From the sequence record NZ_CP041047.1: 64,000 nt of DNA. The stretch is one strand, 5' to 3'. Positions 40,319 to 50,962 of this stretch are shown one piece after another. How positions within the stretch are numbered: the first letter of the stretch is position 1; each line of letters starts with the position of its first letter. The notes beneath the pieces are model-generated. The model was not told where the DNA came from and ran no database searches. It worked only from the letters and a program-made list of their open reading frames with translations. The translations under genes were made by a program, and so were the position numbers. This DNA comes from a plasmid.

Positions 40319-41273
40319 CCATTACCGTTGATGAACCAGTGTTTTGTGCAACCCCGATGATGACACTGAATTGACTACCCTGAAGATACTGGCCATTACC
40401 GAAGGAGTAACGAATCTGATCCTGGTCAGTGCCCGTGCGGAAATTACAGTTTGGGATCCCAACCCCTGAAGATAGATTGCCCAGCGAGTAGCCAGGGGGG
40501 ATGTCGCCAAGCGCGATAGTTCGCATTATGTTTCGAATGGTCTCGATGTAGTTATCTTTCTGTTCCCATCGTTTGGCTTTAACTTCACTTCCACCAAAGC
40601 TGTTATATCCAGCAGGAATGACCCCAGATGCACCGGTGGAATTCAGCTTGCGCGAAAGCATAAGGGAGGCCTGAACAGGCGCAATTTTCTGGGGCACTAA
40701 CGATACGGAAATCGCAACGCTTTCGTCACCTTTCTCGCTGATATAAAGACTTGCCGGGTTACTGTCAGCAGTTGACACGTAGAGGGCATTATCTTTGACG
40801 GTTACGGTCACACCCTCCTGTTTTACCTTCTGAACAACAGGATGTTCGAATGGCGTAACGAGTCGGTTGATCTGGTTAATAGAGATCGGCACGAGGGTAT
40901 TAACGCCCGGTGTAACGATGTACTCCAACCGAGATGGGATGACCTCTTTAGTCAGTGGAACCGGGCTGGCAATGGCGGCTGGAACTGGTTGAATATTACG
41001 GCCATCAATAGCCGGTTCATCACCACCCGCGTTTGTGCCATTTGCTGGTGGCGTGTAGTTGTCAGGGTAAGGGCGTGTTGCCGTACTGAGCATTGCCTGG
41101 GTCGTGGACGCTGGTCGAGAGGCGAGCTTCGCAGTAACTTTTGGTTGTGCCTGAGCATCAGGCTGTTCAAACACCATCCCTTGATCAACCGACATTTCCC
41201 CCGCAGTTACATGGGCAGCAAATGTGGATGACACGAAAAGCATCAGGATAATTGTGCGTTTACTATTCAACAT
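40158..41273 (-). CDS. traK: TraK/TrhK secretin-like (VirB9-type) protein
   Basis: Signal peptide. Position between traE and traB. Confidence 0.55.
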   Translation of the reverse strand: MLNSKRTIILMLFVSSTFAAHVTAGEMSVDQGMVFEQPDAQAQPKVTAKLASRPASTTQAMLSTATRPYPDNYTPPANGTNAGGDEPAIDGRNIQPVPAAIASPVPLTKEVIPSRLEYIVTPGVNTLVPISINQINRLVTPFEHPVVQKVKQEGVTVTVKDNALYVSTADSNPASLYISEKGDESVAISVSLVPQKIAPVQASLMLSRKLNSTGASGVIPAGYNSFGGSEVKAKRWEQKDNYIETIRNIMRTIALGDIPPGYSLGNLSSGVGIPNCNFRTGTDQDQIRYSFGNGQYLQGSQFSVIIGVAQNTGSSTVMVDESLCTHPQLAARALWSRNTLQPGQRTEAYFVIRNIQPNEQANDSMRPKLAE

Positions 41274-41433
41274 TTAGCCCCCCGATAAGTGGCAACGCTA
41301 CGTTCATTTTTAAATTGGCTATTACCAATCAGAAAAATCATTTCGGCACATCCGTTTTGTTTACTGATTGCTGGTTTATAAAAAACTCCGGTTACAGATT
41401 TATATCCCCGGTAATACAACTGACGAAATTTTG

Positions 41434-42060
41434 TTAGGATGTTCTTGCAGCCGAAGATTTCTGGCTTTGACCTTTGTGTTTGTCTTGTTCACTTGGCAGC
41501 AGCGGTTTACCACTCTTTATCTCAATGAAGGTAATAATGGGCCGGTAGCCTTTTACGTTAACAGTAATCTCGTAATAGACCGGTGTGGTCGATGGTTTGC
41601 CGGTGATACCTTCGAGAGTCTGGTTACCGGTGACATAAAAAGTACCAACTGCTAACGGGTCGGTGATAACCCCGACCGGATTGAAAGAAAGTGAGATGCG
41701 GTCGCGTTTAATTTGGTCAATCTGGTCGTCCATTGCTTTCATGACTTTGGTGTAAATTGATGCGTCAAGAAAGGGGCCGATAGAGTTTTTGAGTAGATCT
41801 AAAGTAGTAGGGTTAGCATTACCGAAACTGTCAGCAATATATAACGCCCAGGCCTTCATGTAAGAGCTGCTGGCTGCTTTCTCATCCAGCCATGCTGTTT
41901 CTGTAAGGTTTGGCGGAATAATGGTGATGGGTTGTGTTTTGGCCAGCAGGGCGTAACCAAGTACAAGGTTCGCCAAAATCATCGAGGCAGCGATTAACTT
42001 GAAACTCTTGTTTTCTAACTGAAGTCCAACTAATCCTTTTTTGAAATTATGGATATTCAT
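41434..42060 (-). CDS. traE: TraE/TrhE (VirB8-like)
   Basis: N-terminal TM. About 200 aa. Follows traL. Confidence 0.6.
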   Translation of the reverse strand: MNIHNFKKGLVGLQLENKSFKLIAASMILANLVLGYALLAKTQPITIIPPNLTETAWLDEKAASSSYMKAWALYIADSFGNANPTTLDLLKNSIGPFLDASIYTKVMKAMDDQIDQIKRDRISLSFNPVGVITDPLAVGTFYVTGNQTLEGITGKPSTTPVYYEITVNVKGYRPIITFIEIKSGKPLLPSEQDKHKGQSQKSSAARTS

Positions 42061-42341
42061 ACAATAAACTCCCGGTCGAAGGATTCAGGTACAAAAGTGC
42101 CACCACCGAATGTGACTCCGAATTTCCAGTAACATAGGTGCATAAAATATTTCTCAGAGGCTCGCGACAGAAAACCACCGTATACACGTGAAACAACTAC
42201 ACCCAGAATTATCATCGGTAATAATCGTCCAGTGATAATTCCAACCGCGAGTGCTACGAAAAATGGCATAGCTTCATCGACAGACCAGAAAAATAACTTT
42301 GGTGGTTCGTCAATCGAGTGAGAAATATAAACTGGTTCCAT
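42057..42341 (-). CDS. traL: TraL/TrhL (VirB3-like)
   Basis: 94 aa, hydrophobic. Coupled to traE. Confidence 0.6.
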   Translation of the reverse strand: MEPVYISHSIDEPPKLFFWSVDEAMPFFVALAVGIITGRLLPMIILGVVVSRVYGGFLSRASEKYFMHLCYWKFGVTFGGGTFVPESFDREFIV

Positions 42342-42390
42342 GATGACCTCTCATATGAATTTTTTCAGATTAATTGACGACAAAATGCGG

Positions 42391-43209
42391 CTATTTCTGA
42401 CCAGAGCCAGCAAGCTGAGCCATCATCTGCATAAGACCAGCGCCATCAACTGCGCCCTGAACAATGGCCGATTTATCTCCATATACAACAATGTTTGTAG
42501 GGGTCTTTTGGATACCAAGCTGACCGGCTTCATGAACGTCGTCGGCTATCTTGCTCGACGGCCTGGCAGCATTGATACATTCAAGTAAGCGGTTCGCATC
42601 TAAACCAGCTTCGCGGGCGATTTGGTCAAGAGGTGCGCTAAGACCGTGGCCGTCAGATTGGCTGTAGCGGAACAATGCTTTTGATAACTGGAAGAAAGAT
42701 GGATTTCCACCTTGCTCAACAGCGCACTCCGCAGCTAAAGCCTCAGTTCGGGAAGCCTGCCCGTGAACAGGAACATGTTTGAAGACCATCGCAATATTCC
42801 CTTGCGATGAATCCACGAGATCCATAACGATAGGGAAATGTTGTTTGCAGTAGGGACATTCAAAGTCGGAATACTCAATGATATAGAACTGAGCATCCGG
42901 GTTTCCGTAAATACGTTCATTGTCTGTTGAGGGTGCATAGGCGGTATCGGGTTTATTGCCAGTCCGGTAACCAACATTAGCTTGTTTCTGGGATTCAGGC
43001 TTAAGTCCTGCCGCATTCATGTATTTTGCAAATGCATCCAGTAGCTCGCTTTTGTTGTTGACTACGGGTTGGTGGGTCTCTGCAACAATCGCCAGATCAT
43101 TCAGGAGTTGTGACTGTTGGTTAATTTGGTAGGTAAAGTACGCCGCAGTGGTTGCCATAATAATGAGCGGAAGACCAAATATAAGAGAGTTAAAAATGTT
43201 CTTTTTCAT
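42391..43209 (-). CDS. DsbA/ScsC-like thioredoxin-fold oxidoreductase (CPYC)
   Basis: YSDFECPYCKQHFP motif. N-terminal TM or signal peptide. Confidence 0.55.
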   Translation of the reverse strand: MKKNIFNSLIFGLPLIIMATTAAYFTYQINQQSQLLNDLAIVAETHQPVVNNKSELLDAFAKYMNAAGLKPESQKQANVGYRTGNKPDTAYAPSTDNERIYGNPDAQFYIIEYSDFECPYCKQHFPIVMDLVDSSQGNIAMVFKHVPVHGQASRTEALAAECAVEQGGNPSFFQLSKALFRYSQSDGHGLSAPLDQIAREAGLDANRLLECINAARPSSKIADDVHEAGQLGIQKTPTNIVVYGDKSAIVQGAVDGAGLMQMMAQLAGSGQK

Positions 43210-43499
43210 TTGTAGCCTCTTGATTGCTGCAATTGTTCCGGCGTATAGATTTCGTTTGGCTTTTTGACTTCGACCTGAGACGCCTCAGCTGCTTTCTGCT
43301 TTTTAAGATATGGCAGTATGATTTCAGCCATGTCTTTGTTCAGGACATCCCGTGACTGGGGGTAGGTAGCAACCGTTATCTTCTGATTGAGGATACGGAT
43401 TTTTTCTGGGACATCAGAAATTAGTAAATAGCTAATCATCCCTACGGTAAACGTCAGGCAGAGCAGGGCAGAAAGAATAAATGGTTTTGAATTAGTCAT
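43206..43499 (-). CDS. Small single-TM protein
   Basis: ORF coupled to the dsbA-like gene. Confidence 0.3.
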   Translation of the reverse strand: MTNSKPFILSALLCLTFTVGMISYLLISDVPEKIRILNQKITVATYPQSRDVLNKDMAEIILPYLKKQKAAEASQVEVKKPNEIYTPEQLQQSRGYK

Positions 43500-43583
43500 G
43501 CGTCACCTCGCACAGCTAATTTAACAAACAAGAAATATTGAGGATAAAGAAAAGCACCGCAAATTGAGGTGCTTTTCTGAAGG

Positions 43584-44234
43584 TTAAATGCGTTTTGGTA
43601 GGTTTGAAATAAGTAGAGATGAACCAATCGGAATCATCACAATCATTATGAGTGCTCCGATCATTGGAGGCACAGGTAACGGTATAAAAAGCGATAAAAG
43701 AACGCTATAAACACCCCAGCCAATCAATACCATGCTACGACGGTTAAGAAACGGGCTGGCATATCCAAAGTTATATCTTTTTGCCATCCACCGCATTATG
43801 CCTGCGAACAAAGATGGCATGATAACAACGGTCATGTACGGCAACCAGTACATGTCCAGTGTTAAACGATACATAATCATGTAAAGCCAATAATTCAGGT
43901 TTTCGGCAATATTCTGGAAAAGGCCAATAAAGTACTTCAGAGGCCCGCCGTGGTTAGCCATGTCGCTTGGGGGAAGCTGGTAAAAATCCTTTAGAGCTTT
44001 GTCAATCCCCGTATTTACAAATGATTCCGTATAATTGTCCCGCGCCTTTTGCAAAACCATAATGAAATCCTTTTCGCCGATCATCTTGTGGCCCCAGGCT
44101 ATTTCCTTAAGTGCATTAGACTTGAAATACTCAACAGGGAAGAAGACAGAGATAAAGAGCAGTATCGCCGAGCTCCAGATGATCAGCGTCTTTATAGTCT
44201 TTGGCCACTTCTCTTCATTCAGCTTGTCAGACAT
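43584..44234 (-). CDS. Polytopic inner-membrane protein, TraJ-like (R27/SXT nomenclature)
   Basis: 4-5 TM helices. Position after the coupling protein and a small ORF, as in SXT traI-traD-s043-traJ. Confidence 0.35.
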   Translation of the reverse strand: MSDKLNEEKWPKTIKTLIIWSSAILLFISVFFPVEYFKSNALKEIAWGHKMIGEKDFIMVLQKARDNYTESFVNTGIDKALKDFYQLPPSDMANHGGPLKYFIGLFQNIAENLNYWLYMIMYRLTLDMYWLPYMTVVIMPSLFAGIMRWMAKRYNFGYASPFLNRRSMVLIGWGVYSVLLSLFIPLPVPPMIGALIMIVMIPIGSSLLISNLPKRI

Positions 44235-44605
44235 TCGACCTCCCCAATCCTGGCCTTCCTCCCTGCCTGGATCATTAGTTCGTGAGTAAGCTTCCTCGGT
44301 AGGTTTATCCGTGAAGTAATTTCGTGCAGATTTAAAGCAAATTGAAGTTCACGGCTGACGAATAAGCCGAGCTCAATGATATAGATAGCAAGACGTTCCC
44401 AGTCATTTAGCTCCTCATCGATGTCCTGATGATAAGCCTTGATGGCTGAGCTCACGGCTGCACCAACACGCTCTTCATGCGCTAGCGTTTTCAACAGAGC
44501 CAACATTCGCGCAGTGATGCCATCAACACATGGCCAGATCATGGTTAGCCCGTCATATGAGGCGAGATCATCTTTACGCTTTAATAGATTTTTGGTTTTA
44601 ATCAT
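44219..44605 (-). CDS. Hypothetical 128-aa protein (s043-like position)
   Basis: Coupled downstream of the T4CP. Confidence 0.3.
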   Translation of the reverse strand: MIKTKNLLKRKDDLASYDGLTMIWPCVDGITARMLALLKTLAHEERVGAAVSSAIKAYHQDIDEELNDWERLAIYIIELGLFVSRELQFALNLHEITSRINLPRKLTHELMIQAGRKARIGEVECLTS

Positions 44606-44613
44606 AAAGACCC

Positions 44614-46719
44614 CTATGCGCTAATACGTGATGTTTCACCACGAACTTTCTGTTTTCGTTCGTAGATAGAAAGGAACTTTTTAGCCAATTTCCTGATACT
44701 AATTAGCTCTGAATCGTTCTTTGGCATTAAAATGATAGGTACTTTACCTTTAACAATTTTGTTTGCTTGATTAATAGCCATAAATTCTAGGTTTGGTAGC
44801 CAACCTAGCAATTGGGACTGGAATAGCTCGCCTTCTTCCTCCATCAAACGCTCCCCGACACTACCGGTAATCTGCTCAGGATCAGCGCCCGCGCTAGAAC
44901 CATGACCACGCATAATGTATTTAAATTTAGTCGGGGGGACGCGCTTCATAATTGCTTCTTGGGCATCAGGGTCTGGTGTACGCAGCGCCGTAAAGTGGTT
45001 GGTATTGGTAACAACCTGCTTCATTTTGGCTTCTGAACCGAGGCGGGCTTCGAAGTCAGATGTTGATTGCGATGAAATAAATAACCGGAAACCAGCACCA
45101 CGGGTTTTATTCAACATTTTAATGACCTGGTCGTTGATTACCTCTGCTGCTTCATCTATCAGTACCATAACTGAAGCCAAGTCCTGGCCACCAGGTTTCA
45201 AAAAGTTGTATACCGTAGAACTGACCGATGTGATATCGGAAAGGAAAATCGAACCCACAGCTGAACCCGTTTCTGCATCTGCAAGTGAATTCAACCCTAA
45301 ATACAACATACCCCCGGTAGTGATGATATCCTGAATGTTAGAAATTGGACGCATGTCATTCAGTTCGTCTTCATCATTACTGTCAGGGGATAATAGTTCT
45401 GACATAAAGCCCTGGGTTAACTGGCTGAGTATAGGCATTACGTTCAAAATCATTTTCTGGAAGTGTTCGCGCTGATGGCCGAACATATCAATCCCCGCCT
45501 CAATAGAAGTATCACCTTTCCCTTTATTACCCTTAATATCATTACGATAAATATCAGCACAAATCTCAGCAATTTCTTTCGGGCCTTTAATTTTAGATGA
45601 GTATCGTTCAATCTTCGCCTGCAAGATGATGTCAAAATCCGATTCACCTAATGTCTTGTGCCCGAACTTAGTGATTGCCAGAATCAATAGCGATGCTAAC
45701 GAAGAGATATCAGCGCTTAGTTGTGATTTGATATTACGGAGTGTTGGTTTGATTTCACAAATCTTCATCAACTCAACAACAGTAGTCAATGACATAATAC
45801 CAAACGATACAAACGGGTCACTCGTACTGTCTGCTCGTTGAATAACCGATGTGATCCTGTTGGCAACTTCACCGGCCTGCGTGTAGTTAGTAATAGGAGA
45901 AATTCGAGCTGACTTCTCAGGATGAGCTAAAGAAACATAATTATATTTTGACGACCGATCTACCAATTCGAGACAAAACTTCATCCATTCTGCGAGCTCT
46001 TCGTCATTTTTTGGATCTATGAGAATAAGCGGTTGTTTTTTTAGTGCAGCTTGAAGAATAAGCAGTTTGAAATATGTTGTTTTACCTGAACCGGTTGTAC
46101 CAGTTACCAGAGTATGCAATGTTAAAAGCTCTTCCGAAATACCGACCCATTCGGTTTTCTTACCAAGCGCATGTATCCAACCGAGACCCATGAAATTTTT
46201 TGGCGGCTTAGCTATAAATTTCTTGATATCACGTTTTATCAGCTCTGAAGCCAGTTGCCCTTCATTTTGCCCCCACTCAAAGCCCTTGCCGATTAGATAA
46301 CTTTCAGGCTCACGAATCATCTGTTTTATAAATGATTTCATGTCCATGACGAGCGGTTTAGGTTTGCGTTTGAGTCGACGCTTATGAGTGTATATATCCC
46401 ATGCCGCAGGGAGACTACGTATGCCATACGCGGCTTGTACGGCAACAGAAAGATAGCAGGGCAGTGATGGCATATTAAAAAGTGTATTAACCCCGATAGT
46501 GGCGGCTATGCCAGCTGTCCAGCCAAGAAGCTCAAGACCTTCAAAATTGGTGCGCCAACGTAAGTTATATTTCCACTCACTCATCTTTATCCACCATTTG
46601 ATTATGCATTCTTTCACTATTAGGAAGAATGTAGTCAACACCGGTCTTTGAATAGAAATCAAAGTGCATAAGCATAATTTTTTGCAATTGAGTAATATCA
46701 ATGCCGAGTTCATCTGCAA
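44614..46719 (-). CDS. traD: Type IV coupling protein (VirD4/TraD/TraG family). True start about 46586.
   Basis: Walker A GTTGSGKT. Two N-terminal TM helices. Directly downstream of the relaxase. Confidence 0.75.
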   Translation of the reverse strand: MQMNSALILLNCKKLCLCTLISIQRPVLTTFFLIVKECIIKWWIKMSEWKYNLRWRTNFEGLELLGWTAGIAATIGVNTLFNMPSLPCYLSVAVQAAYGIRSLPAAWDIYTHKRRLKRKPKPLVMDMKSFIKQMIREPESYLIGKGFEWGQNEGQLASELIKRDIKKFIAKPPKNFMGLGWIHALGKKTEWVGISEELLTLHTLVTGTTGSGKTTYFKLLILQAALKKQPLILIDPKNDEELAEWMKFCLELVDRSSKYNYVSLAHPEKSARISPITNYTQAGEVANRITSVIQRADSTSDPFVSFGIMSLTTVVELMKICEIKPTLRNIKSQLSADISSLASLLILAITKFGHKTLGESDFDIILQAKIERYSSKIKGPKEIAEICADIYRNDIKGNKGKGDTSIEAGIDMFGHQREHFQKMILNVMPILSQLTQGFMSELLSPDSNDEDELNDMRPISNIQDIITTGGMLYLGLNSLADAETGSAVGSIFLSDITSVSSTVYNFLKPGGQDLASVMVLIDEAAEVINDQVIKMLNKTRGAGFRLFISSQSTSDFEARLGSEAKMKQVVTNTNHFTALRTPDPDAQEAIMKRVPPTKFKYIMRGHGSSAGADPEQITGSVGERLMEEEGELFQSQLLGWLPNLEFMAINQANKIVKGKVPIILMPKNDSELISIRKLAKKFLSIYERKQKVRGETSRISA

Positions 46720-49279
46720 TACGTCGCTTTAAGGCAACGCTTATGGCAATAACAGGCTCTCCAGAATAGGTTCGCTTCAACATACCTTTTGAAATCATCT
46801 CATTACATAAATCTGTAATGTCGTAATCTTTATCTGAAACATCAGTTAAAGCAGAGTAAAGCAGATGGTTAAACTTCCCGTCCATCAGCAAGTCGATATC
46901 ATTATTAAGTTCTTTTCTGAGATAAAAGCACTTCTGAGTACGGTGAAAATAATACTGGGCTGGAGCTTCCATAAACCTTTGCCATAACCAGTTCGAGTCC
47001 TGAAGTAGCGAAAAATTACGTTCGTCAAAATCTTTATCAACAGTAATGATTAAGTGGCCTGATTCAATAAATAGGTCGTTTGCGTGGTCGGCAACATATT
47101 TAACGAGAAATTCTTTTGCAGCTTCAAGACCAGATACGTATAGCTGGCTGAATTTATCGTAAAAATTAACATTAGCCGGTACGTTGTCTGATGTATCCGC
47201 ATGAGCCGAGTAACCATAATCGTTATCAGCTTTCACGTCATCCTGCCACATGGAATCATAATCTTGGTATATTGAATAATCATCTATTACCTCACCAGAC
47301 TGTATGCCGGTGTCGGCAGCATCCTGGTGCAGCTGAATTTCCTTTATTGCCTGCCGGGTAGGTGAGCGCGTGGGCTGATCGATTTCATCGCCTGAAGTTG
47401 GTTCGTTGCTATTATACGTGTTGATGATTGAATGAAACTCAAGAGTTTCGTTCAGAGTTTTATGGTTTGGTTCTTTTGTAAATGAACCGGGTGCAGAGAA
47501 CTCAATTTCTGTTTGTGCTGATGCCAGGGTTTCTTTGAGCGAAAGTCGGCGTTTGGGTTCATTACTCTCCGGTACTGGCTTTGGTTCATTAGCTTTGAGC
47601 TCATTTGGCTCACCGCTGACCACCGGCTCAGTTGTTGGTGAATTAGCGCCATCCTGACAGTCATTTGGATTTTTGGGACTGGTATGTCTTTCCTTAACAC
47701 GATTGTAGTCTTCATCAGAAAGCAAATTGAGCTTATGCAACAGTTCGTGGGCGTTTTCCGGCGTAACCTGTCGGTTTCCAAAAATACTCGCCAGTGGCGA
47801 TTCCTGTTCTTCATCAATGATTGTCCCACCCTGTAAAACTGAGGGATCGACTTCCTTCGGTATCCCGGCTGACGGAACAGGTTTCTGTCCAATGTAGGGT
47901 TCGCTTTCGACAAGTTTCGGCTGGTTTGGCCTCCCGGTCAGGTATTCCACCCATTTCCCTTCGATACGGATGCGGCTGCTGCATGGTAGAGGGTCAACAG
48001 TATCGACAAATAGTACTTCTGGAGATATCAGAAGGATGCAGCTCAGCGCCACTTTAGGGTCTTTGCTTTCTCTTGAGCTTTTATCATTCAAAATATGAGG
48101 GGCAATACGCCAGTATGCCGTGTCATCGTCCTGGTGAACGTTTGGTCGACAGAGATGATAACTCAGCATCAGGTCAGCCAGACTGTTCTGGGTTTGTGGA
48201 ATAACAGAGCCGGAGTTCCTGACAGTCTCAATAATATCCTTGACCGCAACACCCCAGACGATGAATACGCCATAGGTAGTCACCCATACAGGGCTTCCTG
48301 GCTTGTTCGGGATCCAATCACCTTTTTTCAATCTATGGCGCATGGCATCAACAACCCGCTGAACCGCAGGTACGCCTGACTGGCTTGCACGAATCGCATC
48401 ACCGGCGTATTGCCGCATATCATAGTTAACGGATGCTGAATCTGCGGCCTTAATGGTAGTGAGAATTTTGTTTTTGACGTCCTGACCACTAAGCTTTTCT
48501 GCATTGAGCTGCGCACTGGCATTCAGTGCCCGGGTCAGTTCATTGAAAATATCATTCCCGCCGTTGAGCAAGTAAACATGCATTTCTTTTGGCATGATCA
48601 TCAACAGCATATTGCTCGTGCTGGAGGTGTGCTGACGGTGACGGCCTGGTTTCCATACAAGATAGTATCTTTTTACGTTGTTCTCTTTTGCCCAGATATG
48701 GATTGGTTCATGGCCTGGTGGCCAGTGAATTTTCCCGTCTTCGTTCCATACTTCAAAATCGGTAAATGGTTTCCCGAGGTCATGAAGTAGCCCACCAGCT
48801 GCAACTGCAAGTCGCCATGCTAATGCCCGATTTGATTTATGTACGGGAACCGCCATTGAATCGAACTCAATGTTTTTAGAACGCCGGATACACTGGAAAC
48901 ACACTTCTAATGAATGACGTAACAAACCGGTTGCAGCACGGTGGTGATGGTTTTCAGATGCAGGGAAGAGATGAACAAAGTTAGCGAAATTTACCAGCAT
49001 TGGAAGAATAAGCTGATTGAACTCAGAGTCCCTTATATCCAGCTCTCGTTTAATCGCCATCACAAGCGGTTTCTGGTAATGACGTAATACGTACTCACCC
49101 GGTACTTGAGCCGGGAATCCGATTTCGCTTGCCGGATAGCGCATATTATCTCGTGAAGAAATGAGTTTTCCGATTTCTTCATCTACTGACGTATCGATTT
49201 CGTCACCGAATAGATCAGTGGTAGCCTTTTTGTTATCAGGCGAAAAGATATTCAGAACATTTTTAATGAGTCTCAGCAT
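46577..49279 (-). CDS. traI: MOBH-family relaxase TraI (HD-hydrolase-type)
   Basis: HD motif GGLLHDLGKP. Size about 900 aa. Followed by the T4CP. Confidence 0.65.
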   Translation of the reverse strand: MLRLIKNVLNIFSPDNKKATTDLFGDEIDTSVDEEIGKLISSRDNMRYPASEIGFPAQVPGEYVLRHYQKPLVMAIKRELDIRDSEFNQLILPMLVNFANFVHLFPASENHHHRAATGLLRHSLEVCFQCIRRSKNIEFDSMAVPVHKSNRALAWRLAVAAGGLLHDLGKPFTDFEVWNEDGKIHWPPGHEPIHIWAKENNVKRYYLVWKPGRHRQHTSSTSNMLLMIMPKEMHVYLLNGGNDIFNELTRALNASAQLNAEKLSGQDVKNKILTTIKAADSASVNYDMRQYAGDAIRASQSGVPAVQRVVDAMRHRLKKGDWIPNKPGSPVWVTTYGVFIVWGVAVKDIIETVRNSGSVIPQTQNSLADLMLSYHLCRPNVHQDDDTAYWRIAPHILNDKSSRESKDPKVALSCILLISPEVLFVDTVDPLPCSSRIRIEGKWVEYLTGRPNQPKLVESEPYIGQKPVPSAGIPKEVDPSVLQGGTIIDEEQESPLASIFGNRQVTPENAHELLHKLNLLSDEDYNRVKERHTSPKNPNDCQDGANSPTTEPVVSGEPNELKANEPKPVPESNEPKRRLSLKETLASAQTEIEFSAPGSFTKEPNHKTLNETLEFHSIINTYNSNEPTSGDEIDQPTRSPTRQAIKEIQLHQDAADTGIQSGEVIDDYSIYQDYDSMWQDDVKADNDYGYSAHADTSDNVPANVNFYDKFSQLYVSGLEAAKEFLVKYVADHANDLFIESGHLIITVDKDFDERNFSLLQDSNWLWQRFMEAPAQYYFHRTQKCFYLRKELNNDIDLLMDGKFNHLLYSALTDVSDKDYDITDLCNEMISKGMLKRTYSGEPVIAISVALKRRIADELGIDITQLQKIMLMHFDFYSKTGVDYILPNSERMHNQMVDKDE

Positions 49280-49428
49280 TAAAATATTTCTCCGGTTAAG
49301 TACCTTGTAAGTTAACTGATTGAGAGAAAATTCGTGCTGAAAAATGACGACGTTTTGTCTTCATAAAACATAACGTCAAGGGCAGGAAATTAAGATAATG
49401 ACGTTGCTATCCAATTGGAGACTAAGCG

Positions 49429-49998
49429 ATGAAATTGGCTAATAAAATTGTTTATCCCCTGCTGGTGGTTATTACCGGCGTAATCACCAGCGGTTGCAGT
49501 GGGTCAGGTAAACCTCAACGTACTTACCTCGACGAAACGCGCAATCTTCCGGCCAGGGCCGAGTACCCTTACCAGTATCAGTACTCAGAATCCTGGCGTA
49601 GTACTGAACGCGGTGGCGCGGCGATACGTTACCCAGGGTATGAGCACACGCTCGTGAGTCCGTATGCAATCAATGACCCATCAGGGAAGCGATATGTGGC
49701 TCATGACAATTACACCCAGGTCTTGCTCACTTCAGTGGCTAATACAAAGTATGCCAATGGGCCGCGTGGCACGTTCACCCAGACCCCAGCATTTTGCGGG
49801 GAAAATACCTTTCTCCTTCCTAATAACACACAGAACGCCAGCAGGGCCGAATACCTCCGCATCAAAGATAAATACTGCTCAACACCTGGTTATCGGTTAA
49901 GTGCCCACGAATTAAGTGTGCTTTCCAGTGGAGAACCGGAAGAGCTGCGGAAATATCGAATTCAGATGCAGATCGATAACCAACAACCTAAGTCCTAA
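49429..49998 (+). CDS. Lipoprotein, unknown function
   Basis: Lipobox ITSGC. Confidence 0.35.
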   Translation: MKLANKIVYPLLVVITGVITSGCSGSGKPQRTYLDETRNLPARAEYPYQYQYSESWRSTERGGAAIRYPGYEHTLVSPYAINDPSGKRYVAHDNYTQVLLTSVANTKYANGPRGTFTQTPAFCGENTFLLPNNTQNASRAEYLRIKDKYCSTPGYRLSAHELSVLSSGEPEELRKYRIQMQIDNQQPKS

Positions 49999-50021
49999 TC
50001 CATCTAAAACGCGAGGGTACA

Positions 50022-50921
50022 ATGGATAAGCAGAGAAACGAAAAGTGCAGTTCTGGAAATAAATCGGTTTTTGCCTGGGCCGGGGGAATCGTTGTTGTAA
50101 TCGGAATGATCTGGTTGATGGTAATTAGTTTTATCACGTACAAGACCCAGGTGATGACCAATCAACTGCTGGATAAAATGAGCACATCGCTGGCCACGAA
50201 TCCCGTGGCTCAATCGGGAGCAAAGGGAAATCTTCAGGATGAAGTAAAAGATGCTCTCAAGTCTATCGCCGACCAAAAGCTCGCTGAAGAACGAAAGGCA
50301 CTCTATAAAGGCTGGGACAAAGCAAATAAAAATACTGATGGCCGTTATATCTATGGCGAGCCGGGCGCTCGGTTTTCGCTGATCAACTATGAAGATCTGG
50401 AGTGTCCATTCTGTAAGCGCTTCAAAGAAACACCGAAGTATATCGTTGATACCGCGACAGCCGGGGCCGTAAACTGGGAGTGGCGTCACTACCCAATGTC
50501 ATTCCATGAGCCGGTTGCATCGAAGGCCGCAGCTGTTGCTGAGTGTATTGCGGAGCAGAAAGGGCCGAGTGCTTTCTGGGCCGTTACTGATTACTGGTTT
50601 AACCATACTGAAACGAACGGTAAAGGTTTTAAGGATGCGGACAGTATCCCAGCACTGTTTGAGGTAGACCAGGCGAAGTATGATACCTGTATGGGCAGTA
50701 CTGAAGTGATTAAGCGCATTAAGCAGGATATGGAGGCCGGTTCAGCTGCCGGTGTTGATGGTACACCAACAACGATTGTGCGAGATAATGTCACCGGTAA
50801 AGAAGTGTCTGTTGTAGGCGCACAACCCTTCTCAAAATTCGTAGAAGTGATCCAGGCTATGGTTACCGATTCTCAGAAAGACACATCGGGCGAAACCTCA
50901 CCGTCCCAACCAGAAAAATAG
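50022..50921 (+). CDS. Second DsbA/ScsC-like oxidoreductase (CPFC)
   Basis: YEDLECPFCKRFKE motif. Paralogous to 42391-43209. Confidence 0.55.
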   Translation: MDKQRNEKCSSGNKSVFAWAGGIVVVIGMIWLMVISFITYKTQVMTNQLLDKMSTSLATNPVAQSGAKGNLQDEVKDALKSIADQKLAEERKALYKGWDKANKNTDGRYIYGEPGARFSLINYEDLECPFCKRFKETPKYIVDTATAGAVNWEWRHYPMSFHEPVASKAAAVAECIAEQKGPSAFWAVTDYWFNHTETNGKGFKDADSIPALFEVDQAKYDTCMGSTEVIKRIKQDMEAGSAAGVDGTPTTIVRDNVTGKEVSVVGAQPFSKFVEVIQAMVTDSQKDTSGETSPSQPEK

Positions 50922-50930
50922 AAATAAATA

Positions 50931-50962
50931 AGAGCCCTGAATTAAACCAGGGCTCTTTTTTC
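50931..50962. terminator. Bidirectional terminator
   Basis: agagccctg...cagggctct hairpin followed by a T-run. Confidence 0.55.

Noticed and set aside
44614-46719. 45-aa N-terminal extension of the coupling protein that overlaps traI by 143 nt
   Set aside because: This is an ORF-finder extension. MSEWKYNL at about 46586 gives a conventional 10-nt overlap.
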